This document shows, piece by piece, positions 56,034 to 64,000 of a DNA stretch of 64,000 nt (positions are counted from its first letter, which is position 1; each line of letters begins with the position of its first letter). The DNA comes from an uncultured Nitrospiraceae bacterium. GTDB lineage: Bacteria > Nitrospirota > Thermodesulfovibrionia > Thermodesulfovibrionales > SM23-35. The notes under the pieces are model-generated. The model was not told the DNA's origin. It searched no databases and was given only the letters and a program-made list of their open reading frames with translations. Location of the stretch: assembly GCA_963727775.1 (NCBI GenBank), contig CAVSHB010000001.1, positions 992,001 through 1,056,000 on the forward strand. The letters run 5' to 3'. Made by a program: the position numbers and the translations under genes.

Positions 56034-56089
56034 AATGGACATGAAGTTCACCGGGAGTGTAAGCGATCCGGTGGAACGACGCGGTAGAC
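56034..56089 (-). other. Degenerate integron attC site
   Basis: Starts 3 nt after the stop: GTCTACC-5nt-GTTCCACCGG..CCGGTGAAC-5nt-GT, with attC-like spacing and an extrahelical base. Confidence 0.65.
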
Positions 56090-56092
56090 TCA

Positions 56093-56797
56093 TTAGTCTT
56101 TCCACAAGTCAAAAGTTGCTACCATTTGTGGTATTCCATGTCGGCTGGCTACACCCCGTGTTATTTCAACAAAGTGTCGCAGTGTTTTCTCGTCGATAAC
56201 GTTCGCCTCAGCAACCCCCAGTTCAGCTAGTTCCGCCTTGGAGGCAAGACCTTGAATTCGCATAGTAAAACGTTCTATCTCATATGCAAAGCGTTGACGC
56301 ATGACTAGAAATGGACGCCAGAGAAACCAACCTGTGTAGAACAGCAGCACACCCAAGCCGCTAATGACACGGTGTTCTACTACGTCAGAAGAAACCTGCG
56401 GCTTGAGCTCCTTCCATTCTTTATTTAGGGCTAGCAGTTTTTCTTTCTCGTCTCGTTGATTAGCTCCTTCAGCCATACCCAAATGAGAATTTAGCCGCTG
56501 GAAATTTTCATCTATAACCTGGATATGCGTTTCCATCTTAATTGCTTCACCCCCCGCCCACATGGCAAGGATAAGCGGAAAAATAAGGAGCAAAATAGTG
56601 AGTATACTAGTATTCGCCGCCGCTGCTCGTCCTCGAACTGCCCCAACGAAAGCCCTAACATATATCCTTCGTACCCACCCTCTTCTCTGAGTACTTAGGT
56701 ATTGCCGTATCTGTTTTTCTCTTTGACCGAGAATAAGACCATAGAGAATCGCGACGACAGCGCTACCAACTATTCCTATTATCAAACCTGTGATCAT
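56093..56797 (-). CDS. Hypothetical membrane protein (3 TM plus coiled coil), cassette-like
   Basis: 234-aa ORF, AGGAG RBS, attC-like site downstream, TTGACA-17-TAGTCT upstream. Confidence 0.7.
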   Translation of the reverse strand: MITGLIIGIVGSAVVAILYGLILGQREKQIRQYLSTQRRGWVRRIYVRAFVGAVRGRAAAANTSILTILLLIFPLILAMWAGGEAIKMETHIQVIDENFQRLNSHLGMAEGANQRDEKEKLLALNKEWKELKPQVSSDVVEHRVISGLGVLLFYTGWFLWRPFLVMRQRFAYEIERFTMRIQGLASKAELAELGVAEANVIDEKTLRHFVEITRGVASRHGIPQMVATFDLWKD

Positions 56798-57103
56798 TGA
56801 TCATCTCTCCTGCGTATTCTACAATTTAATAAAAGACTATTACTTCTCAGGCAGATTGTCAACAAAGTTTGCCGGAAAACGGCTCATGAGAGGCTTAAAA
56901 CTCCACATAATATTGTTATTTTTATTGATATTTAGAATACACTAAATCGCACAAAGAAATAATTTTCACTGGATTCCTTGAGTAATCCCTGTTCAAACAT
57001 TCACCTCTCAGATTCAGCTTTCAGATGTGTTCTACAGGAAGTTGTCTTGCAGTCTGAAGTTGCTGAGAATCCATACAGCACGCAAAGTTTCATAGTCTAA
57101 TTT

Positions 57104-57967
57104 CTATTTTCTTTTACAAAACTCAATCATTGCTCTTTTTAAGACTTCTGCAAACTGCTGAAAAGTAGCCCTGACGAATTTCTCTCTCGAAATAAACCAC
57201 ATAGTTATTGTTCCTGTTCTTAAAGGCCAATCAATAATTCTTGCATTAAATGAAATTAAAACGTCGTAGTATTTTTCACAAATTTCATAAAATTGGTTTA
57301 CCTCAGACAAGTAGCGATTTGAGATTAATAGTTCAATGCAAGCATATCGAAATAAGCTAGTAGTAAAAGTTGAACTTTTATTTTTGTCTTTTAATTTCGC
57401 GATTGTCAACAACTTTTCGAAGTATTTTGTATTGTACTCAAGCTCACTAATCAAACCGAAGAATCGCCGTCCAATTTCTTCATTCTGTATCAACTCATAA
57501 AAAGAACCCCTACCAATAGTTGATTCAAGAACTATGCTGTCTGGTTCATTGGGATTATTTATACAGTCCCCTAAGGCTTCTGTAAAATTCTCCTCAAATT
57601 CAGCATTTTTTATATGATCTTTAGGATAATAAAATAATACTCCTTTACCGGTAATATCAAAAGGTATTTTCGTGCCAGCTTCCGCAATTGTAATCGTCCC
57701 ATGTTTAAAGCTTTGCCTAATGCCTAACTCATAAAAAACATTCGGATTGTGGTCAGTTAGGTCAGCGACTACGATGTCTGATGAAATTAAATCTCTTATG
57801 ATTTCTTTTAAAATTTGTCCTCTTAGAGCTTTGGATCTTTCTGCAATCAGTCCTTCGACAGATTCAATTTTGGGTTTGAGAAAATTCTTGAAGTGATCTT
57901 TCCAATATCTCTCTGTTCTTTTAGTAGTCGTTTTAGAGAAAGGCATTATTACGAAGCACTTTTTCAT
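57104..57967 (-). CDS. Nucleoside 2-deoxyribosyltransferase-like/TIR-like domain protein
   Basis: KKCFVIMPF, SDIVVADLTDHNPNVFYELG, IPFDI; AT-rich. ATG 57967 follows GGAGG. Confidence 0.8.
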   Translation of the reverse strand: MKKCFVIMPFSKTTTKRTERYWKDHFKNFLKPKIESVEGLIAERSKALRGQILKEIIRDLISSDIVVADLTDHNPNVFYELGIRQSFKHGTITIAEAGTKIPFDITGKGVLFYYPKDHIKNAEFEENFTEALGDCINNPNEPDSIVLESTIGRGSFYELIQNEEIGRRFFGLISELEYNTKYFEKLLTIAKLKDKNKSSTFTTSLFRYACIELLISNRYLSEVNQFYEICEKYYDVLISFNARIIDWPLRTGTITMWFISREKFVRATFQQFAEVLKRAMIEFCKRK

Positions 57968-58297
57968 ATCACCCTCCAAGGACTAACTTGGCGGTATTAT
58001 ATCAAATTCCGATAATCGCATTATCTTTCTACATAATACCATGTGGAGTGTTGCTCTCTATCGGGACCTTACGAGGTGTTTGTAACAGGAAGAAGTTTGC
58101 TTTCCATAGTTCTGTTCAAAAGAGTTACGTTAACACATCTTTTGAGTGCAGGTTTTTATTGGAAAGGTGACAGATGAATAGTCCCTTTGGAAATTTCTTT
58201 AAATAAGAATTGACGAGGATATTTAAAAAATATTACTGTGTAGCAGTAGCATTAGCAGTATAAAAACAATATCATGCCCCGACATTAGGAATAGAAT

Positions 58298-58663
58298 ATG
58301 CCATCAGGTGATGCGCACAGACAATGGTTTCCGGAAATGATAGAAATACTGCGGCAACAGTGGAAACCTGAATTTTCATGGGATGAACTTATCCATCTTA
58401 CGTCTCATCTGGATGCTATACTGCAACAAATAAGAAAAGACCGTAATATCATTCCCCCCATGTGTACTTGCAGTAAGTGCGGCGTATATGGGCGCTCACT
58501 CTTTGGTAGGATTTCGATAAATGCTACAATTTTAGCGGCTGGACGTTTCGGAATTGCATCACCGTCCAACGTTAAGGAACTATCCAAGGGCTGGAAAAAA
58601 TATCGAAAGGAACACGACCTTGACCACTATGGAGGGAAGGAGAGCACAGCAACTACCTATTAG
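58298..58663 (+). CDS. Hypothetical protein with CxCxxC motif
   Basis: 121-aa ORF with plausible composition and an AGGA RBS. Confidence 0.65.
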   Translation: MPSGDAHRQWFPEMIEILRQQWKPEFSWDELIHLTSHLDAILQQIRKDRNIIPPMCTCSKCGVYGRSLFGRISINATILAAGRFGIASPSNVKELSKGWKKYRKEHDLDHYGGKESTATTY

Positions 58664-58717
58664 GCCCTCTGTATCTAATTGGCGATTGCTGTGAGCTATT
58701 AATGGATTTATTGTTCA

Positions 58718-59386
58718 ATGAAACCAGCTGACGATCTTAAAGTCTTCATCACGAGTAGAGACTCGACGTGCGACGAGTGTGGCGAAAATCTGGGTCGTAA
58801 GGCGTGGATTACTCTAACCCGAGACAAAGGGGCGCTCTGCTTAGCCTGTGCCGATCTAGAGCACCTTATATTCCTGTCGTCGGGAAATGCCGCGCTTACC
58901 AGACGGGCCCGCAAGCACTCAACGTTATCAGCTGTGGTCCTAAAATGGAGCCAGAGTAGAAAGCGATATGAACGACAGGGGCTTCTAATAGAAGAAGCGG
59001 CATTGGAAAAGGCCGAAAAAGAATGCCTGGCTGATGAAGAAATAAGACTACGGCGACAGAAACGTGAAGCAGACCGGAGGGAGGAGATAGACCTCCAGTA
59101 CATAAGTAATTTCGCCGATCGTGTGCGGCAACTTTTCCCTTCGTGCCCACTTGGACGAGAATTTGTCATAGCCGAACATGCATGCTTGAAATACAGTGGC
59201 CGAGTGGGCCGCACAGCGACAGCAAAGAGTCTCGAAGAGAATGCTATTCGCCTAGCCGTTATTGCGCATATTCGTCATGTGGAAACGCCGTATGACAGAT
59301 TGTTGGCCAAAGGTCACGATAGACGAACCGCACGAGCCCGGGTTGAAGAAAAAGTTGATGAAACAGTGAGTAAGTGGGAACACTAA
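58718..59386 (+). CDS. DUF2293 domain protein with N-terminal zinc ribbon
   Basis: CDEC..CLAC; SGRVGRT, AVIAHIRHVETPYDRLL. Confidence 0.85.
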   Translation: MKPADDLKVFITSRDSTCDECGENLGRKAWITLTRDKGALCLACADLEHLIFLSSGNAALTRRARKHSTLSAVVLKWSQSRKRYERQGLLIEEAALEKAEKECLADEEIRLRRQKREADRREEIDLQYISNFADRVRQLFPSCPLGREFVIAEHACLKYSGRVGRTATAKSLEENAIRLAVIAHIRHVETPYDRLLAKGHDRRTARARVEEKVDETVSKWEH

Positions 59387-59600
59387 TGACCTGGGGAAAA
59401 GTTGCACGATAGAGGCTTTTCATTCATTTAATTCTTCCTTGTAATCCGCGTCTGTGGTATACTCTTCAAAAATGCTGAGTATAACCAGAAATCAATGTCG
59501 ACAACATTGGAAAGCAAGGTATCACATCATATTACGTTAAAAATGGTTCTGGGTGGTTTTGGATTGCGCAGAGACGGAAAGAATGGGTTAGCTAATTATC

Positions 59601-60179
59601 TTATTGTTTAACTACTACCAAAGTGCCAGCCATCATGTCGTGAAGAGCTTGTTTCTTCTGTGTAAACCCAGCCATCATGTAACCGATAAGCAATATTAAT
59701 GTGGATAATATTTTTGCAAAATATCGCCCAGTTGCCTTACCGAATGAGATTTTATTGCCTTCAAGGTCGGTAACAACAATGCCTATCGCCATCTTCCCCA
59801 GCGTTGCTTGTTTATCTGAACTTTCCATAATTGCAGAGTATAGCCAAGATGCGATAAAAGTGAATAAGTTTGCAGGAAGTGAGTTTGCTGCCCGAAGACC
59901 GCTTCCTGTTAATGCATATAAGGCAACAACAAATATCACCGATATAAAGAGCCACACAATGAAATCTACCAAAGAAGCCATTACCCTTCGCCAGAATCCC
60001 GCATACACTACATTCTCTGCTGGTCCTGAGAAATATTGGTGTCTGTATCCTGAAGTTTCCTTTGTGTTTTGTTCTTCTTGTTGAGAGTGTATTGACACAG
60101 AGTCAGTTCTTTTTTCATTGTCCTTAATTTTCTGCGCCTTCCATTTCTCATATTCTTCTCTGTTTTTAAATTCTGGCAT
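59601..60179 (-). CDS. RDD family membrane protein
   Basis: YAGFWRRVMASLVD, QATLGK, QALHDMMAGT. Confidence 0.9.
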   Translation of the reverse strand: MPEFKNREEYEKWKAQKIKDNEKRTDSVSIHSQQEEQNTKETSGYRHQYFSGPAENVVYAGFWRRVMASLVDFIVWLFISVIFVVALYALTGSGLRAANSLPANLFTFIASWLYSAIMESSDKQATLGKMAIGIVVTDLEGNKISFGKATGRYFAKILSTLILLIGYMMAGFTQKKQALHDMMAGTLVVVKQ

Positions 60180-60273
60180 GGCTCCCTTTGTTACCTTCTA
60201 ACATAACCTACGAGAGTTTTCCTTTTCAACGTCTTCGGGACATGATCTAATGATGTGGAGTTGATGGAAATCA

Positions 60274-60512
60274 TCACATTAACCTGTAATCTCTCAGAGA
60301 GTTTTTCCACAGCCCGGCAAGACGTGACCCCACTTCTATCTTTTTCCTCTCCAGCTCTATTGTTTCCTGGCAATCCCGGCAATAAAGAGCAAAGGGGACG
60401 ACGCTCAGACGGTCTTCGCTGATCTCTTCATTCCGCTCTTCAAGATTCTGAGCGCATCCATTTTTCTTTCAAGAAGCATTCTTCTTACCGTCTCGCGTCG
60501 TACCTGTGTCAT
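60274..60512 (-). pseudogene. DksA/TraR C4-zinc-finger gene with internal deletion
   Basis: MTQVRRETVRRMLLERK.. joined out of frame to EEISEDRLSVVPFALYCRDCQE. Confidence 0.65.
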
Positions 60513-60678
60513 ATACAGCCCCCGTATGAAAAGGTCAGTATCTGATGGATATCATATTGTGATTACTCTTACGGCTTGATGACAGAGAGATGAAGAGTTT
60601 ATTAAATTGCAGAAAGTAATCTTTAGCATTTCTTACCCCTGTTTGATCCCTCTAAATTAGCGGCTTCAAACTTACGCA

Positions 60679-60828
60679 ATGTTTATAGAGGAGGATGCAG
60701 AAGGAATCATACTGGGATGCACCGAGATACCATTGTTGATCAAACAGGAAGATGTGAGCATGACAGTTTTCGACATGACGACGATGCACGTGGAGGCTGC
60801 AATAGAATATTCACTGAATAGAAAATAA
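60679..60828 (+). pseudogene. C-terminal fragment of an aspartate/glutamate racemase
   Basis: AEGIILGCTEIPLLIKQED..FD.T..HVEAAIEY. Confidence 0.75.
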
Positions 60829-61010
60829 TCCCTTTCTTGTGGAAACAAGGCCCCTGCGCATAACAAGGTATACGCCTAAAAGGACGAAAGAAATGCAGTA
60901 TTAAAGAGAGTCGTGAGAGGCAAACATCCATCCTGAAGCAAACAGAACGAACATTTGATATAATGATGAATATTACAACCAGAAATAACTGATTGAAGAT
61001 GTGGGTTAAA

Positions 61011-61100
61011 ATGGTTGAAGGGATAGAATTTATAATCAATAAGTATCCAGTAGGCTTAATTGTCGCTCAAGTTGAAAAGTTAAATATTATTCCCTGCTGA
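61011..61100 (+). pseudogene. N-terminal stub paralogous to the LuxR regulator at 20325-20927
   Basis: MVEGIEFIINKYPVGLIV versus MNEEIEFILKKLPIGLII. Confidence 0.55.
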
Positions 61101-61159
61101 GGCTGGATTGAAAAACCAGACTAAAAAGTCCAGACTAAAAGCAGCCTGGGGGTGTAATT

Positions 61160-61456
61160 GTGAAAGTACTCATTCTGTTAATTTCTCTCTCAGCAATTTT
61201 CGTGATTTTCTACGCATTGTTCAGAGCTGCAACCCTGAATAGCAAGATCCCAGGAGGGCTTGTCAAGGAAACTTGGCGGCTTCTTTACTACCTAATAGGA
61301 CTTTTGGCAGTAGGATATCTAACGATGCCATTATTTCCAATGTTGCCTGAGTCATCGAGAGACCTCATTGTTTCAACTATTTATCTGGCGGGGGCTATCT
61401 TTATTGTAAAGGTAATCAATCTCATTTATAAGATAACAAAAGAGATAGGATTATAA
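61160..61456 (+). CDS. Small 3-TM membrane protein
   Basis: Three hydrophobic segments; ends 8 nt upstream of the PilZ gene. Confidence 0.7.
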   Translation: MKVLILLISLSAIFVIFYALFRAATLNSKIPGGLVKETWRLLYYLIGLLAVGYLTMPLFPMLPESSRDLIVSTIYLAGAIFIVKVINLIYKITKEIGL

Positions 61457-61464
61457 ATCAAGAA

Positions 61465-62031
61465 GTGGGCGCCAAGGACGATTTAAAGAATATTATAGAA
61501 AAGCATATCGGCGAGGCTGTCAGCTCTTTTTTTCTTGCAAAGTCTTTAGCAATCATAAACGAGTCAACTGAGAATAAAGAGAGTTTCATCGCTGCTGCCG
61601 ATCGGATCTGCAAAAGGATAGCCTTATTTATTGATAAAAACCTGGCGCAAACAGTATTTGAAAAGCTCATGGCAGAGATTGAGAAAAAACCCTTATTGCA
61701 TGGACCAAAAAGGAGATACACAAGGGTTACTTACTGCAAGAAGGTGCGAGTGAAATACAATGGTGCACACCATGAATTAGACTCTGAAAATCTCTCAGAA
61801 GGAGGGATGTACATTAGGGCAAAGGAACCATTTCCTGCCGGTTCAGAATTAGAAATAACTTTGTCTTTAGGAGTTGGAAGCAAGATATATTTAACAGGGG
61901 TCGTAGTTTATGAAACGAGCCCGCTGAGTGACTCTTCAAAACTTCCCCCAGGCATGGCAATCGAGTTTAAAGAAATCGGGGACAAGGAGATCGAGATGCT
62001 GCGGGGCTATATAAAAAGAGCCCAAGATTAA
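61465..62031 (+). CDS. PilZ domain protein
   Basis: RRYTR (RxxxR) and NLSEGG ([DN]xSxxG); PPGMAIEF. Confidence 0.88.
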   Translation: MGAKDDLKNIIEKHIGEAVSSFFLAKSLAIINESTENKESFIAAADRICKRIALFIDKNLAQTVFEKLMAEIEKKPLLHGPKRRYTRVTYCKKVRVKYNGAHHELDSENLSEGGMYIRAKEPFPAGSELEITLSLGVGSKIYLTGVVVYETSPLSDSSKLPPGMAIEFKEIGDKEIEMLRGYIKRAQD

Positions 62032-62275
62032 AATTTTATTGAGAGTATGGAACATCAGCTTAATAAAACCCTCTCTATTGGATGAACAAGACTCCTTCCT
62101 CCTGAACTCAACACCCTTGCATCCTGATATAATTGTCCATAGTACAACTGGTATTGACTATGAAGAAGAGTCTTGGAAATAAGAACCGAATTGGTCATTT
62201 TGAAAGGGAAGCAACACTCAACTTGTTGAGGTGGTTGTTCAAGGCTCGATCATCAAACTGATGCTCTTAACTTTC

Positions 62276-62962
62276 CTACTTTCTCCTCGCAGCTGCCATC
62301 CCCAAAAGACCCGAGCCTAAGAGCCATACAGAGGAAGGGATGGGAGCCCATGTGGTCGTAGTTACATGTGAAGCAGAATGGTTGGTTTCCCAAAAAATAG
62401 GATTGTTGTTGTTCGTTGGGTCCCAAGTGCCTCTCCATCCCGTCAAATTGCTCTCGGTGACATAGACGTAGAGATACTGATCCAAGCCGTAAAAATTGCT
62501 GTTTTTCTGGTTGTTGGCAAACAGGAATTCCATGGTGCCTTTTCGGCCGCTGCCATCGAACCAAACCTCCTCTAAGGTATATGACGAGGCAATAGTATGC
62601 CCAGGCCATTTACTTTTGTCTGTGCCTGTAATTGTTAGACTTCCGGACTGGAAAGCACCGGTCTCGCTAAACTGCGCCGTAAGAGCAAACTTGCCATTTG
62701 TCACCGGGTAATATTGATATTTTGGATTCGACTTCGGCGCATAGAGTGTCAAGCTTCCTCCACTGACATTAAGCGTACCCCCTGCGCCACTGTATTTGTA
62801 AGTCAACTGATCGCCGGTCGACATAACTTCAGGATAGTAGGGGGGGGTCCAATTCTGTAGATAGGCGTTTGCGTCTACCGCCGCTGACAGCAACGCGAAC
62901 ACCGCAAGAAAGACCACACCGATAAATTTTAGATATCTCGGTAAACCCACACTCTCCTTCAT
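62276..62962 (-). CDS. PEP-CTERM/VPLPA-CTERM-like exosortase-targeted surface protein
   Basis: Signal peptide and C-terminal APIPSSVWLLGSGLLGMAAARRK. Confidence 0.85.
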   Translation of the reverse strand: MKESVGLPRYLKFIGVVFLAVFALLSAAVDANAYLQNWTPPYYPEVMSTGDQLTYKYSGAGGTLNVSGGSLTLYAPKSNPKYQYYPVTNGKFALTAQFSETGAFQSGSLTITGTDKSKWPGHTIASSYTLEEVWFDGSGRKGTMEFLFANNQKNSNFYGLDQYLYVYVTESNLTGWRGTWDPTNNNNPIFWETNHSASHVTTTTWAPIPSSVWLLGSGLLGMAAARRK

Positions 62963-63410
62963 TGCTTTCCTCCTGATTAATGTTAAAAACAGTGCTTTTC
63001 GTGATTTATCCTTTAAATCATGTTCTCATTATACTAAATATACCCAATAATAAATATAAGGGAAAAAGTAACATTGTTACCACTGATTTCTCTCGTAAAT
63101 CTTCAGTGTTATAACATGTTGACCCGCGAGGATTTGTAGGTGTACTTGATGTCCGGCCTTGCTGAACAATCCTCACCACGATCATATCTGTTGCCGATGA
63201 ATGTTTCTACCGGAATTTCACGCCGGGGAAACGGGACCAACTGCAGGGTGATCTAACCGGGTCATAATATCGGTGTCGCCAAGGTCAGTATAATTCAGGG
63301 CGTACTATGCAGTTATGAGAACTCGCAATTTTTGAGAGTTACTGTGAGTACTCGGATGCCAGAACTGAAAATTGTATAATGCAGATTTCTCAAAAACCTC
63401 AAATTACTTC

Positions 63411-64000
63411 TTAATTCACACCGCACATCGTCAAAGCAGTATTCAGGGCTTTTCTGTTAATATCGTTGCTTTCACCAAACCACAAACTATCCAGCCTGCC
63501 ATCCCGAGTCTTACCTCTCTCATAGTTGAGATACTCATTGACAGCGTTGTATGCCCCCCAATAGGTTTTCCCGGCTAGTTTGCTTCCCTTTCCGCTTTCG
63601 AAGAATTTGTCAACGGCAGGCATGATTTTCTTGCTCTTCTTAATATCCTTAATATCGAAGACCTCTTTCACATATTTCTTCAAGTCTTCTGAATTGATGT
63701 CTTTTTTCGCTAATTCTTCATATTGCTTTACAGTGGCGACAAACTCTCTATTGGCTGTATCCATAATTTCTCTTATGTCTTCAAGATTCTTGATAAGTCC
63801 AGACGTGTGCTTGACTCTTAGCAATTTACTGGCTTTTGATTCATGAGCCAGAGTCAAAGTGTTCATACAGACAACCCTGATTGGGGTGAAACCCACTCTA
63901 ACGGCCAGGCTGCCATCATGGGAATTAGAGAGTAGAATGAAGTTCTGAATGGTGTCATCCTTCTTGACCTGCAACGTCGCGTCCTTTATCCTTGCAAGGA
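63411..64000 (-). CDS. DUF932 phage/plasmid-like protein (5' end outside the window)
   Basis: LLSNSHDGS..TPIRVVCMNTL, TYWGAYNAVNEY; frame open to the window end. Confidence 0.88.
   Translation of the reverse strand, partial: LARIKDATLQVKKDDTIQNFILLSNSHDGSLAVRVGFTPIRVVCMNTLTLAHESKASKLLRVKHTSGLIKNLEDIREIMDTANREFVATVKQYEELAKKDINSEDLKKYVKEVFDIKDIKKSKKIMPAVDKFFESGKGSKLAGKTYWGAYNAVNEYLNYERGKTRDGRLDSLWFGESNDINRKALNTALTMCGVN

Noticed and set aside
59515..59542. dif-like site (TTACGTTAAAA resembles a XerD arm)
   Set aside because: No XerC arm at the 6-bp spacing. The same applies to the XerD-like arm near 60196.
60880..61160. c-di-GMP riboswitch upstream of the PilZ pair
   Set aside because: GGCAAAC occurs, but the GACGCAAA partner and the P2 stem were not found.
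63110..63260. Tyrosine recombinase C-terminal relic (HSSATDM..RIVQQ)
   Set aside because: It needs several frameshifts and a stop to align; too weak without an HMM search.

Overview
Bacterial chromosomal window. Gene content and style suggest Nitrospirota/Thermodesulfovibrionia or a Deltaproteobacteria-like organism (inference only). 1-11.8 kb is housekeeping: PBP1A, dnaE-accA-tusA-uvrC, a PfkB kinase and an APH-like kinase. The rest is accessory. 12-20 kb: a TetR-MFP-RND-OMF efflux operon with a homopolymer frameshift at the RND proton-relay motif and an ISL3 inserted after codon 4 of the OMF gene. 20-33 kb: cysE-cysK, ArnT+PAP2, two related small Cys-rich proteins, a DsrE2+FadL-like pair and an FN3/LysM-FecR/CHASE2-HD-GYP module. 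33.7-53 kb: a family of surface proteins sharing Ig-like stalk modules (two 7-bladed SBBP propellers, an IS-disrupted third copy, and a stalked DUF3443 pepsin-like protease downstream of DUF2844 and of a relic DUF3443 gene), interleaved with perR-katG-sodC, which carries twin PerR-like boxes. 50-64 kb: IS1380, IS1182, an orphan IS21-like end, decayed attC-like sites, an NDT/TIR-like gene, several collapsed pseudogenes, PilZ and PEP-CTERM-like genes, and part of a DUF932 gene. I saw no rRNA, tRNA, CRISPR array or reverse transcriptase. All family calls are motif recognition by eye; no database search was run.
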